NCBI RefSeq assembly: GCF_001194135.2 | Contig: NC_068991.1 | Coordinates: 79,171,225-79,235,224 of the forward strand | From: Octopus bimaculoides | Taxonomy: Eukaryota | DNA length: 64,000 nt | Reading direction: 5' to 3' | In this document: positions 39,800 through 52,827 of the stretch, in pieces | Layout of the letters: each line of letters begins with the position of its first letter | How positions within the stretch are numbered: position 1 is the first letter of the stretch | Made by a program: the position numbers and the translations under genes | Notes under the pieces: generated by a model | Told to the model about the DNA's origin: nothing | Databases searched by the model: none | What the model saw: only the letters and a program-made list of their open reading frames with translations

Positions 39800-40137
39800 G
39801 TGTATGGAGACGAGTGTATGAGCTGCCCACAAGTGTACGAGTGGTTAAGACATTTCCAAGATGGCTGAAAAATGCCGATATTGACAAACGTTCTGGGAGA
39901 CCCGCAACCAGCAGAACTGAGAAAAACATCGCAGATGTGCATGCTGCTGTGAGGAGAAATTGTCGAATCACCATCCATGAATTATCAGAGAATGTGCAGA
40001 TTAGTTACGGTTCCATTCAGTCCATTATCAGTGAAGATTTGGGTATGAGACGCGTGTCTGCAAGGTTTATGTCAAGATTGATTTCAGCTGACTAGAAATA
40101 CACCCAGTTTTCAGTTGCACAAGATCACCTTGATTGT
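39792..40137 (+). mobile_element. Mariner transposase HTH fragment (same subfamily as 40-540)
   Basis: IQVYGDECMSCPQVYEWLRHFQDG*, frameshift, DIDKRSGRPATSRTEKNIADVHAAVRRNCRITIHELSENVQISYGSIQSIISEDLGMRRVSARF. Confidence 0.9.
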
Positions 40138-40157
40138 GTCGAGATCACCTTGATTGT

Positions 40158-40280
40158 TGCATAGGCCTCTGCGCAGGGATTTCCAAGCTTCTGGCAAAAT
40201 TTGACAGATTCTCTGCTCAACATTCTCTGTTAATGCGACGATCACATGCTACACACCTTCGTCCCAAGCACTGTTAGGAT
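40158..40280 (-). mobile_element. Mariner 5' UTR and N-terminus, inverted relative to the adjacent fragment
   Basis: Minus strand TENVEQRIC / KFCQKLGNPCAEAYA; the upstream part matches positions about 95-135 of the first mariner copy. Confidence 0.8.
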
Positions 40281-41381
40281 TGAGAAACCCCACAGAATCT
40301 TTCAAGTCTCCGACTCCGCCACTGTTTGCAGTTTGTTGTTGGTATTACATTATTTTTATTCTTCTTCTTATTATTGGAAAACTCTGATCCAAACCCACAT
40401 TGTGTACTAAGTATTTCTCAGCTCTTAAGAAATTAAAAGATGCAGAACAATTAGACTGTTATGTATTTCAGATCGAGCGTAGACGTAAGAGATGTGTTGG
40501 GTGGGGTGGGGAAGAAGACATTCACATAGGACACTAAGATCAATGGTATTCGTCCTTCCAGATTTAATGTTCCAATCACGCTTAAATGCATCTCCATTTT
40601 CATATGTCGAACAGGTCAAGCGTGTAGGTGTCATGACAGGAAAATGGCGGAGTAGCGGAAACGATAGAGATTCACTAAATATCAATAAATATTGTACTTA
40701 CATCTTATATTTATAAGAGATTGAATTGACCTACAAAGGTCAATTATAATATTCGAATAGACATGCCTGACCATATAACAGTCTACCAATCGAAGAAGCT
40801 ATTATTACACAGGATGGTAGTTCACTGCGACTTTAATTTGCTTTAACCATCATTGTCAAGGACATGCATGCTTAATCATCGCCTTGTGATGGTGTATGAT
40901 TTTCTCATTGACCTTCAAAGTCTATATGTCTAATGGAAAACACTGCTTCAAATAGTAACACAATCAAATTACTATAAAAAGATATCGTTTATGTATCGTA
41001 ATTCCAATAAGTGAATTGATAATAATCCAAGATGGTGGAAATGTAAGGCGAAGAAAATAAGCAATTATACTCTAAAGCAATAATAATTTCTCGTTTATGA
41101 GAAGATTTGAATACAATTGAAACGTTTCTGTATTAAACACTAGTTTTGTGTTATTGTTGTTTACATAATATACTTCCTATGAATGGTTAACAATATTTCG
41201 CAATAAAATTTATATAACGGAAATTATAATCTGAATACAGTTATTAAATAACTGTAGGAAGTTTTAATACATCAAACTTTGTAAACAACATTGACGTAAA
41301 CAGACGCTGACAAATATACACATACATATGTATACGTATGAATAATGTGTAGGTTTTATACATATGTATACACACATATTA

Positions 41382-41437
<56 letters not shown>

Positions 41438-41550
41438 NNNNNNNNNNNNNNNNNNNNNNNNNNNNNNNNNNNNNNNNNNNNNNNNNNNNNNNNNNNNNNN
41501 NNNNNNNNNNNNNNNNNNNNNNNNNNNNNNNNNNNNNNNNNNNNNNNNNN
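41438..41550. other. Assembly gap (113 N) in (TA)n
   Basis: N run. Confidence 1.
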
Positions 41551-42321
41551 ATATATATATATATAAGCGTGAAGAGAAAAATAATAACGTCTAGTGAAGT
41601 TCATTCAAATATTTATTGGAAGGCGAAATCTTCCTCCACATATGTTGTATTTTCGCTCTACAGAGCTGCATTATAAATGCGACGATAGAACACTAGTTAA
41701 CAATTCTTAGTTGAAAATTATTTATGCACATAGAGATATGGCTGACGTGCGTTGCGTGAATAAAATATGCATGCATAGAAAATGTAGGTTGAGGAATATA
41801 GAAATGTAAATAGAGGGATAGGCTATGAAATAAATTGTTTATCCGGCAGAGCATCAAACTTAAATTTACAATATAACAAGCGAGCAAGCGTATCTTAACA
41901 AATTAATTTGAGGGAAAATACGGTTTTTAAAGGAAAGAATTCTCAAGTTGTTGATGAAAGATGCAGAAGAATAGCAGCGTGATCGAAAAGCTTTGGAGAA
42001 CCTTAAAGCGTTTAACACAATCTCGATTTGGGTCTTTATAATAGAAAAGACAACCAAAAATGTCTTTAAATGTTAAAAAAAGGAGGCGGTACTGGATCAA
42101 ATTTACTTGGTTTTCAGTTACAGTGAAATGATTCTGGTTACTAACAGAAATGAAAACCTATTCATTAGCCGTATAATAATGGCTGGAAATCTTATATACA
42201 ATCATTAGGTGAAAGATAATAGCTAACTTTACAAGTATATATATATATGTTGTCCGATGAAAGGGAAAGTGAAACTCCTAGTAACAGTTTTTTGTTATAT
42301 TTCTGCTGCTTTTAAATAAAG

Positions 42322-42356
<35 letters not shown>

Positions 42357-42357
<1 letters not shown>

Positions 42358-42446
42358 TCAGAAGAGTGGTACAACAAAGCACCAATATTTACTGGAAAAT
42401 AGCAATCGATATAAATGTTGGTGCCTTGTTGTACCAGTCTTCTGAA
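42357..42446. repeat. 90-nt hairpin (33-bp stem, 24-nt loop) embedded in (TA)n
   Basis: TTCAGAAGAGTGGTACAACAAAGCACCAATATT vs AATGTTGGTGCCTTGTTGTACCAGTCTTCTGAA; 30 of 33 positions complementary. Confidence 0.9.
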
Positions 42447-42535
42447 GTTATATATATATATATATATAAATAAACCCTTATAGGGCTATGTTTTGCTGGA
42501 AATTAATACATTTGTATTGAAATATTTTTCATTGG

Positions 42536-42574
<39 letters not shown>

Positions 42575-42592
42575 ATATATATAATTGATATG

Positions 42593-43138
42593 NNNNNNNN
42601 NNNNNNNNNNNNNNNNNNNNNNNNNNNNNNNNNNNNNNNNNNNNNNNNNNNNNNNNNNNNNNNNNNNNNNNNNNNNNNNNNNNNNNNNNNNNNNNNNNNN
42701 NNNNNNNNNNNNNNNNNNNNNNNNNNNNNNNNNNNNNNNNNNNNNNNNNNNNNNNNNNNNNNNNNNNNNNNNNNNNNNNNNNNNNNNNNNNNNNNNNNNN
42801 NNNNNNNNNNNNNNNNNNNNNNNNNNNNNNNNNNNNNNNNNNNNNNNNNNNNNNNNNNNNNNNNNNNNNNNNNNNNNNNNNNNNNNNNNNNNNNNNNNNN
42901 NNNNNNNNNNNNNNNNNNNNNNNNNNNNNNNNNNNNNNNNNNNNNNNNNNNNNNNNNNNNNNNNNNNNNNNNNNNNNNNNNNNNNNNNNNNNNNNNNNNN
43001 NNNNNNNNNNNNNNNNNNNNNNNNNNNNNNNNNNNNNNNNNNNNNNNNNNNNNNNNNNNNNNNNNNNNNNNNNNNNNNNNNNNNNNNNNNNNNNNNNNNN
43101 NNNNNNNNNNNNNNNNNNNNNNNNNNNNNNNNNNNNNN
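42593..43138. other. Assembly gap (546 N)
   Basis: N run flanked by TA-rich repeats. Confidence 1.
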
Positions 43139-43619
43139 ATATATATATACATATATATATAATAGCCAAAGATTGAACAGTGACAGAAACTGAGTAAGGA
43201 AATTTGTATTTTGGTCTGACTGTGACGTCTAGTCTACTAAACGGCCGTATGAGTTATATCCTAAATAATGTACTCCACGCCCACTCATATTGTAGATTTC
43301 TTAAAACTCCACTTTTGTGTAAATTACTCGTCTTTCAGCATGGATCATCTATGGAACAATGTAGGATATAATTCCTCATAATATTTAATGATTGAGCCCA
43401 TTGCTACTCTCCTTTAGACCCATGAAATAATTTGTGTCCGTTCTTTTCTTTTACCGAGATAGAAATATACCAGAAATACCGTTTCCAACAGAGATTTACT
43501 TGTATGCACATTAATATTCATGCTTCATTAGGTGGCGTGCTAGCAGAATAGTTAACTCGTCGAGGAAAAGAATCAGTGGCCTTTTGTCCGTCCTTAACTT
43601 TAAATGGGATTGTACCTAG

Positions 43620-43897
43620 AAAGTTATCTTGCGAGGCACAAATCCGGGCAAGGTTCTCTATGGAAGACGAGCAGTCGCCCATGCAAACCAGCTTCCCCTC
43701 TCCATACCACCGATGTTATCCAAGGGAAATGCCGATACGGTTTGAAACCAGTGACCTCGCAACTCATCTCTACAGCTGAGTGAACTGAAGCAACGTGAAA
43801 TAAAGTGTCTTGCTCAAGAGCACACAATATACCTCCCAGTCCAGGAATCGAACTCACTAGAGCCCGACGCTTTAACCACTGAGCCATGTACCTTCAC
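43620..43897 (-). mobile_element. tRNA-derived SINE with CORE-like domain
   Basis: Minus strand: TGGCTCAGTGGTTAAAGC (A box), GAGTTCGATTCC (B box), GTGTGCTCTTGAGCAAGACACTTTAT. Confidence 0.8.
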
Positions 43898-43931
43898 AAT
43901 ATATAACATCAATATTATACATATTTCTGAT

Positions 43932-44138
43932 AGTGACGAGCTGACATAATCATTTCCGCGCCCGACAAAATATTTAGCGGCATTTCATCCAGCTTTTCTT
44001 TTATATTTTATGTTCAAATGCGACCCAGGTCGACTTTGCGTTTCATCCTTTAGGGATCGATAAAATAATCACTAGAGACGCTGTAATCCACATGCAGTCC
44101 CCTAAAAATAGCTGGCTTTGTGTCAAAATTAGAAGGAA
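43932..44138 (+). mobile_element. SINE family A, degenerate copy
   Basis: CAGGTCGACTTTGCGTTTCATCCTTTAGGGATCGATAAAAT. Confidence 0.8.
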
Positions 44139-45229
44139 AATATGTCTATTGGCGCAGGCCGGTGAATTAGCAGAACCATTACAACATCGATGCTTAGTTA
44201 AAGTCCTCTATGTTCTGAGTTCAAATCACATCATTTTCAAATTTGATGCTTGATATAATAAAATATCAATTAACTCCGTTGTCCATATATTTAACTGTCT
44301 GTCTCAAATAAATTTAAATCTTATCTCTATGAAACAAATCGATATTTTATATATATAATACTGCATATAACAACATTATTAGAAATATACATATATCAAT
44401 ATATATATATATATATAAGTATATATATATACCGGCGATTCTTCAAATGTGTTCTATTATCTCTCAAATGAAATTCAAGTGCAATAACATTCAATGAATG
44501 ATGTAAATATCGCACTGATTTCCTTTCCCCTACGCTTACGGCAAAATTTCGTAAGGGGAAGACATTCTTCCATTTAAAGTCATTTTAATAACTTTCAAAG
44601 AATACGCTAATGTCCTGATTGACATTCGTGAAATATGAACGGAAAGTGTACAGCAACGAGAGTAATTAGTGTAAGGTAATTATTTCGCTATTCTTGTACT
44701 AATGCCAATTCTCTATTGTTTCTAACTTTATCATTGATTTTATACGGCATTTCAATAGCTGTTAATGACTGAGATGCTGGTGGGGTAAATCTACTATTGA
44801 CAATCTGCTGAAGATAGTTTCTATCTTCTGATCAAAAGGGAAGGCAGAGCTTATGACCCTTCACACACCTCCACCCCCAGAGACTGGTGGAAGTGACTGG
44901 AGAAGGGATTCTGAAATCATAACCCTAAAGATTAATGTTTACTACAGTATGAACTTTGTTCAGTTTGCTCAAGTTAACAGCACGTGTTTTTAATGAAGCA
45001 ATGACCAGGTTATGGCGGGATTCGAACTACGAGCACAAAAAAGATGGATCAGATACTATAAGGCATTTAATAAAACTAGAAAGAAATTTTTACAATTCCA
45101 AAATTGCAATATCATGAATATCCCAAAGGATAGAAGGCACAGTTTGAGTTTTTAGTGACTTGAATTCCGAGAGCAAAGAATTAGATCCTGTAATTCAAGG
45201 TAAATTAATTAGATTCTGACATTTTATCA

Positions 45230-45380
45230 CCGTATTTGGTTTGTTACGTTTTTATCGATCTAGAAATTATTAAAAGCAATGTTTGGTCAACGCAAGATGT
45301 GAACTCATCGCGAAGAGTCGGAACAAAGACTATGTGGCATTACATTCGACGCTTTAACGATTCCGCCATTTTGCTGCCTC
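45230..45380 (-). mobile_element. SINE family A, highly degenerate copy
   Basis: TTTTATCGATC...GTGAACTC...TTTAACGATTCCGCCA resembles the family in reverse. Confidence 0.5.
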
Positions 45381-45521
45381 GCCCTTCTCGTCGAATCGCT
45401 TATAAATGACACATATTTATGTCTTCCAAAAGGAAGGCGATAATGAATAATATTTTCTAGATATATTACATCTGATAAAGACAATGGATAGTCTAATCGG
45501 AATATTATTAATCATGAATCT

Positions 45522-45736
45522 CAAGGCGGTGAGCTGGCAGAATCCTTAGCACGCTGAACGAAATGCTCAGCGGTATATCGCCTGTCGTTACGTTCTGAGT
45601 CCAAATTCCGCCGAGGTCGACTTCTCCTTTCATCATTTCGGGGTCGGTAAAATAAATAACAGTTGAACACTGAGGTCGATGTAATCGACTCATCTCCACC
45701 TCCCCCAAGTTGCCCTCGTAGCAAAAATTTGAAATC
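45522..45736 (+). mobile_element. SINE family A, near full length
   Basis: GGCGGTGAGCTGGCAGAATCCTTAGCACG head and core; possible 10-bp TSD ATTATTAATC (45504-45513 and 45737-45746). Confidence 0.9.
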
Positions 45737-46974
45737 ATTATTAATCGTAGATCTACATGATCAGGACTGTTCTTGTATTTTAAAGATCTCGGTCTATTGT
45801 TTCACTAACAAGCAACTCCAACTTTATTTCCGTCTTTGAGTATAAATCTCAGGGAAAATGATGTGATGTGCTGAGTTGACAGGCTATGTATAAAAGATAC
45901 GAAAACATAGTCTTCATATATGTTACTAAAACGTGATTGAACTTTATTCATGCGAAGCTACACTAAATCATTTTACAGTGATTTGGAACAAAAACCGCCA
46001 TAAAAACCGCAGCCATAACTATATACATAAAACTCATCACAATTGCAGTCACCAGAACATTATTATCAAGACTATCAGGATCTCTAGCACAACCACCATG
46101 ACTTATATTTCCACTCAGTTAATAAGCATTCTCTATGGGAACTGACGACAGAGCCAGTAAAGGTTTTCGTAGAAACAGTGGGAAAATGTTTCTCAAATAA
46201 TATCATCAGTTTTAGAATAGAATGCATTACGTAGTTGTGTTCTCTTCACAAATGAAACAAAGCACGACTACAATGCTCATCCTACTTGATAGAGTTGACC
46301 TAGAACCAAGCAACAATGGTCTTTTAGTATTTACGGATGAACAGGATTTGGAGACAAAAACTTCATTAAATTAAATGTAATGCAGCCATTATTTTAGATC
46401 AAAAGGGCTCTTATCTAAACATGTTTTAGACTAATGTATAATTAGAGCAAACTGCTTTTGTGTTTAAGTGTTTTAGACAATCTAGACGAGAGCGATGTGT
46501 CTCACCTAAAACAATGCCGTTTGTGGGTTTTATTCGGATTAGATATGTTTTCAAATAAATAGATTAATAACGGACTGGGTCAGAGAGAACTACTGCAGAA
46601 TTACTTCGCTGCAAGGATTAATTTTACAGCCGTATATATGCTCTAAGCTTCTCTTTGTCTCTCTAGAAAGTACCTCTATTTTCAGAAATGTGTAATGGAA
46701 TAAATGATATTCATGGCGTTACACATGGCAGAAGCATAGGTGGAGTAAAATGGTTCGAATAGAAATGAAAATAGGAGATACAGTAAGATTCTTTTGAATC
46801 TTGCTGTATCATTGAAAGAGGGACACTTGATTCAATCGGTAACAGTCCAGTAACTGTTTATTTAGTCTATCAATAGAAGGGAGATAAACGTCTGTTAATA
46901 TATATGCAAGATTAGGATATGTTTCACAGATTAATAATTCTTTCAACCTGAAATAATGGCTGATGAGTCAATGA

Positions 46975-47090
46975 CAATCGATACCATCGACTCATTGCTC
47001 AACTAGCAACTAACATTTATTTTATCAACCCAGAATGGATGAAAGACAAGTTCGACCTCGATGTAACTTGAACTCAGTACGTAAAGACGG
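46975..47090 (-). mobile_element. SINE family A fragment
   Basis: GGATGAAAGACAAGTTCGACCTCG...TTGAACTCAG.ACGTAAAGAC. Confidence 0.7.
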
Positions 47091-47797
47091 AAAAACTTCG
47101 TAGATAAATATACTAACTATTGTATGGAATTTCAACAGACGCTCTATATATTTAGTCTATTTTCTGACATGAGGGCAGATAAAATATTGATTCGAGACGC
47201 TAACTCCTAGCCATAAATTCGTACGGAAGCTGTAGAAAGTCAAATGAGTGGAACACAGTATATGAGTGGTAATTTATAAGCGTTAGAAGTATTGAAGAAA
47301 AATAAGATATTTGGCATGTAATTGCATGAGAATATATTGTGCAAGGCTTTTTCTGATGGTTTATGGTATTTACTCTCTACAAAGTAGATCTATAATTAAG
47401 TAATATATAAACTGATGATTTGTGGCTGTGAATAACACTGCTCAGCGGGTTATTTATAATAGTTGATATTAAAGTTTTCTGATCTGGAAACGAGACGTAA
47501 TTTATTTTTGTTTCCTCCATGACAATCAATAACTTGGTTTCAGAAGTAAATTCAATAAAAATGATTTCCCCCATAGAATTTAATCGCAGAATAACGTGGA
47601 GTTTATTTATTTAATTCAATTTAACTCGACCAATGAGACATTTTCTAACCAAGGAATTAAAGAAAATTAAAAGATGTAAATATGTGTACAACACACCTAC
47701 GATCTAAGATTCGCTTTCTAATAGAGCAGTTTCACATTATACTTGCAATGAGAAAGTAGACAATGTGTGGTGTGTGTGAGAAAGGGAGAGTCTGGTG

Positions 47798-47801
<4 letters not shown>

Positions 47802-47852
<51 letters not shown>
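47802..47852. repeat. (GA)n microsatellite
   Basis: Direct reading. Confidence 0.95.
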
Positions 47853-48298
47853 TCAAGAATAGACAGAGCGCAGTTCGACGGAGAGAGAAAGAGGCGTATA
47901 CAACCATGATGGCAGTTTTCTGACATAAAACAAACAGATATTATCTCCAACGTTGACACAGTTATACAGTCACGAGTATTACTTTTGCTCGCATTCGTTT
48001 GAACGGTCTCTTTGTTTTGTCTGTAGCAGAGATCATTCTATTGCAAATATTGGGGAAAAAATTGTTTTTGCTCACCAATGATTCTTTTCTCGCAAACATC
48101 GATCTACAGACATTGTGATTGGTCAGTGTCCACCACAGTCGCGTCTGTCTGGTGGCTGCTTCAAAGTTGAAATGAAATGCACTCACATGCTTGTGTACCT
48201 CATACAGAGAAGGGATTTCTAGAACGGCTGAACATAGCGTTTCGACTCAGATGAGTAACGCCAGTATTAGATGAATGAGCAGTATTTATGAGTTAGAG

Positions 48299-48299
<1 letters not shown>

Positions 48300-48358
<59 letters not shown>
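48300..48358. repeat. (CA)n microsatellite
   Basis: Direct reading; one of many (CA)n/(TA)n arrays in the window, not all listed. Confidence 0.95.
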
Positions 48359-48362
<4 letters not shown>

Positions 48363-49988
48363 AGGTGCGCACACACACACGTAAGTATATATGTTTGTCT
48401 GTATGCATGTACGTCTCGACATTTATGGAGCAATACCTGAGATTCTAATCTTTTTATTATAAAATGTTTCCATATTCAAATCTATTTTTGTATTTTTCCA
48501 TATAGCAACGTACCCAAACAGAAATGCTATCAAATGAAGTCAAAGCAATTCTTTATAATCCAAGAAGTTTGCTATGACAAAAATCGGTATTTTATTATTA
48601 TTATTATTATTATTCCTTTTTGTTAATTCACAATTGATTACTTTCTCTAAAAGAAAGAAATTAGTTTGAAAATGTTGCAAAGTCTTTGTCGGTAAATGTT
48701 GAAAGTATGTACAATGGAAATGGATTAGTATTTTGCCGAGCGAAAAATTGAGGAGAAAATATTAAGTACCAGTATTATTATACATTCTAAAAAAAAAAGA
48801 GTAAAATAAAATAAAATAGAATACAAAAGTGAAATTAAAAGACTTTAAAATGGTTTCTAAAATCGGTGTTTCTAAATTAATAAAATAATTATTAAAAACA
48901 AAATAAAAATAAATAAGCATTAACTACTTGCTGGAAATTTCGATTGAAATACGTTCAATAAAATTTTAAACATTATACCTCTTCGTGAATGAGATTCCAG
49001 AGAAATTGCATTTAACAAATCTAATTTATTTTAAAACACAAGTAATAGTGATTGCAGAGCAAACCACGAAAGAGAAACGTTATTTGATTTGAATTCAATT
49101 TTATTTCTACACTCGTTTTAATGTTAATTGTGAAAGAAGGCGGTTTTAGATGCTACGCAATGCCAGACATCCGACTAAATGCAAGAGACTGTTTAGTCAC
49201 TTCCCTTACTAGAAATACCAGTCAAATGCAACCCTCTTCGGTAGGTCCTCCTGCTATTGTGAATAAGGAAATAACTTCATACAATATTATCCTGTATACT
49301 AAAATGTGAAGCTTCTCATTATACGACGATTTTATTCTTAATTGTTTTCAATGTAGTCAGGCGAAGATTTATGCATGTATATCGTTCAATACTTGGGTTC
49401 GTGCTCAAATGCGTGCGTTCTCACTACATTCATTCCAAATAGACGTATATAAACGTGTCTGTGTGTGTGTGGGGGGGTTATCAAGCAATATAATTAGGAA
49501 AGCCGCAATACACAAGACACACACACACACACGCACACATAACAGATACGTTGTGGTCAAGCAGAGAGAATCAAGCTCCAATATCTTCACATTACGTTCC
49601 TCCGCATCCGTTTCTCCTCTGTTTCCCTTACATACACGCGTGTATATATATATATAACTTACTTGGAGTTCGATCATATAATAATATAAATAATATATAA
49701 ATATTTGCATATATCCATACATATATGTACATACCTACATATATCTGCATATATACATGTATATATGGGTACAGGACAAAAAGGAAATGTTAAACACTAT
49801 GAGAAACGAAAACTTAAAAACGAAAACATAGAAAACGATTTTTTCTTTCGAACAACGAAAAAAACAGTCAGGGCTGTTGAGCCACGACGATAGAAAAAGT
49901 ATTATGAAAGATAGGTAGACGAGCCATGAGAAAAGAGACAGAGAAAGGCAAGTCTTTTCTTTAGGAAGGAAGTGGACAGAGAGATCCC

Positions 49989-50026
<38 letters not shown>

Positions 50027-50126
50027 GTGCGTATGTATGCATGTATGTATGTATGTATGTATACCCGAATTTATTCATAAACTGTTCAAATGGTAACTGT
50101 GGAAGAAAAGATAAAACTGCGTTTTA

Positions 50127-50361
50127 TACACGGTCGGCCAAAAGTCACCCGACAGTATAGCAAAATTCTATAAATACTATCTGTAATTTTGTATTGACTC
50201 GAATCGGAAACTTGTCGCTGAAGAAGGACTTCAGTTTGAACAATTTTCATGATGTTTCATATTTAGATGCTTTTATTGAATTCATTCAGTCCTTAAACAT
50301 AAATAAATCTTGGAATTAAATGGTTTTGATTTACTGTCGGTGCCTTTTGGCCAACCTTGTT
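50127..50361. mobile_element. Tc1/mariner-type MITE, copy 2 (opposite orientation to 23427-23664)
   Basis: TA-CACGGTCGGCCAAAAGTCACCCGACAGTA ... TACTGTCGGTGCCTTTTGGCCAACCTTG. Confidence 0.85.
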
Positions 50362-50550
50362 TGCGTCAAAATTGAAGTCTGTAACAGTTACGAAATAACC
50401 CATACTGAAGTAAAAGCAGCACGTTATACAAAAATGTATGAAAAGTTAGATGGGACTGATTAAAAACAACGTTGAAGGAGACCATTGACTTCGTAACATG
50501 AGATATTTTCTGCAAGACAACCCTGTTCGACAGATCTTGTGATAGTCAAC

Positions 50551-50623
50551 TGTTGCCGAACACCCTCGTAAGGGCTCGGTATGTATTTTAATCCTCAGCC
50601 GCTCACTCGGGTGTTCGGCAACA
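50551..50623. repeat. Perfect 15-bp inverted repeat with 43-nt spacer
   Basis: TGTTGCCGAACACCC (50551-50565) and GGGTGTTCGGCAACA (50609-50623). Confidence 0.85.
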
Positions 50624-51039
50624 ATCATAGAATTTGCTGTCGTTCCAAGTAAAATCCAACTACAGATTCATAAGAAATAGACATTTTCAGTTGTATTTTT
50701 GTGGTTTTATGGTGTATGATTTGCACACGCACATACGCACCACACCCATACACACACATAGGCATATATATATATACAGGCCTCTCATATTATTAGATTC
50801 TGTGAGTGGTTTTCCTGAAGGGAGAGAATATGGTTGTTGTAGCATAGTCTTTCTTCCAAAATGCATCAGCTCAAATTATCTCTCGTTTAGTTACATTTTA
50901 TTTTCGTTTGCCCATTGATTTCCAACATGTAGATCAGATTGCAATTCGGTTTGGTCTTCTCCGTTGATTATTTTATGGAGCTTAGAGTCAACGGCGAATA
51001 TTTTCACTTTGCTGTTTTTTATGACGCTTCAAATGTCGT

Positions 51040-51600
51040 ATATATAGACTATAAAGAGAAGCGGACCCAAAATAGTTCACTGAATGACACAACTAGTGAT
51101 TTTTGCTGGGCGTGAGGGGATTCTGTTCTCCAGGAAATACTCAATCCAGTGTAGCAGTTTTTCTCGGATGCCAACATTTGACAATTGTGACAGTAGGATA
51201 TTGTGTTCGACTTAGTCGAACGCTTTACTGCAGTCACGATATATGACATCAGTGTTCGATCCTGATTGCAAGGCTTTAAAAACATCATTGAAATGGTGTA
51301 ACAGTTGTGTTGGACAATCCCTTCTACAGCGAAAGCCATGATGGTTTGACTTTAGAAGATTCTGGCCCTCCAGGAATCCAGCTACTCTTGATCTCACCAC
51401 TCTTTCAAAGACTTTGATGATATGGGAGGAGAGTGAGGGATCTGTTTCCCTGTCTGAAAACCGGGATGACCGACTAAATTAAGAGATATTTCAGCAGATA
51501 ACCTGAGTCTAAAGAATTTCTCCAGAGGTTAGTTAGAAGGACTACAAGTTGGTGTCTACATTCCTTCAGGAGACTAGCGGAGAATATATCAGAGCCAACA
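51040..51600 (-). mobile_element. CR1/L2-like LINE RT N-terminal fragment
   Basis: Minus strand: SDIFSASLLKECRHQL...VIPVF, FLEGQNLLKSNHHGFRCRRDCPTQLLHHF...DVIYRDCSKAFD*VEHNILL. Confidence 0.9.
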
Positions 51601-52097
51601 GTGGAATAATATCATATATAATAATAATAATAAGTGACAACAAAAGAATGAGACTTCGATATAGATGAATAGAGGATTATTTATATATATTATAATTTAG
51701 AACAAATACAGTAAGTTGTCGTTATAATACTCGGAGATTCGAATGTTGGAGCGAAAAGGTACGATGCATTCTCGTCTGCTATTAATGGCATTGGACGCTA
51801 TGAAAACTCGTTCAATAAAAGGGAACTTACTGGAATAAATAGAAAAAGATAAAAAATACACGCAACCATATCGTCACAATACATAGGCATAAACCTCCTG
51901 CGTTCATAACGTCTACATACGTACACACACACACACACACACGTGTATACATGTATATATATGTGCATGTATGTACTCATGCATACACTATATCCACACA
52001 CACATGCACACCAGTGCTCATAGTCAAGCTGTGCCATGCGGCTTCACTTTGCGTGACTTAACCTCGTTACAATGGCAACCGTCCGGATACTAATACA

Positions 52098-52745
52098 TAT
52101 ACACAAACATGACAGAAGTACATTATTTACGTTATTTACATTTGTCGGATATTGGCCTTCAAATGCAAATAATGTACATAATTCCTAATCTCTTAACTGT
52201 ATGAACTGTATGTCAAGTAATCAGAAACACCATAAAACATCATTTTGCTAAATTTAACTTGAAAAGGTTTATATTTTTTATTAACGGACATGTTTATATT
52301 TCAGGTTCTATATGTAACTTTTTAATCATGCCACGTACAAAAGAAGTCTTGGGAACTTTCCAAATTTCAAAGAGGCCGTATTGTGGGTCAATCTGAAGGT
52401 GGACTTAAAATCGCAGAATGGCATTAAAAAACTTCCATGGCCAAGCCAGTGACCAGATGTGAACCCTATTGAACACTTCTGGGGCATAATGGACCTGCCA
52501 CTTCAAAGGCGGATATTTTGAGATTGCTACATGAAATTTAGGAAGAAATTCCCCAAGAGAATATTCGTCATCTGATCAGTACCATACCTTATAGAATCCT
52601 TGTATTGAAAAATGCAAAGTGATGTCTACTAAATATTAGGTAATCACATTATGATAATCAGTAAATAATTTGGAATGTATAATCTCAGATTTAAATAAAT
52701 TTTAATGATTATAATGTTGTCTATTTACTTCTGCCATGTCCGTAT
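52098..52745 (+). mobile_element. Tc1-family deletion derivative with both TIR remnants
   Basis: MPRTKE / ELSKFQRGRIVG joined directly to LPWPSQ*PDVNPIEHFWG and EEIPQENIRHLISTIPYRI. TIR-like ACATGACAGAAGTACAT (52107-52123) vs ATTTACTTCTGCCATGT (52723-52739), 15 of 17 matching. Confidence 0.85.
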
Positions 52746-52772
52746 ATATCTACGTCTATATACATCCATCCA

Positions 52773-52827
<55 letters not shown>

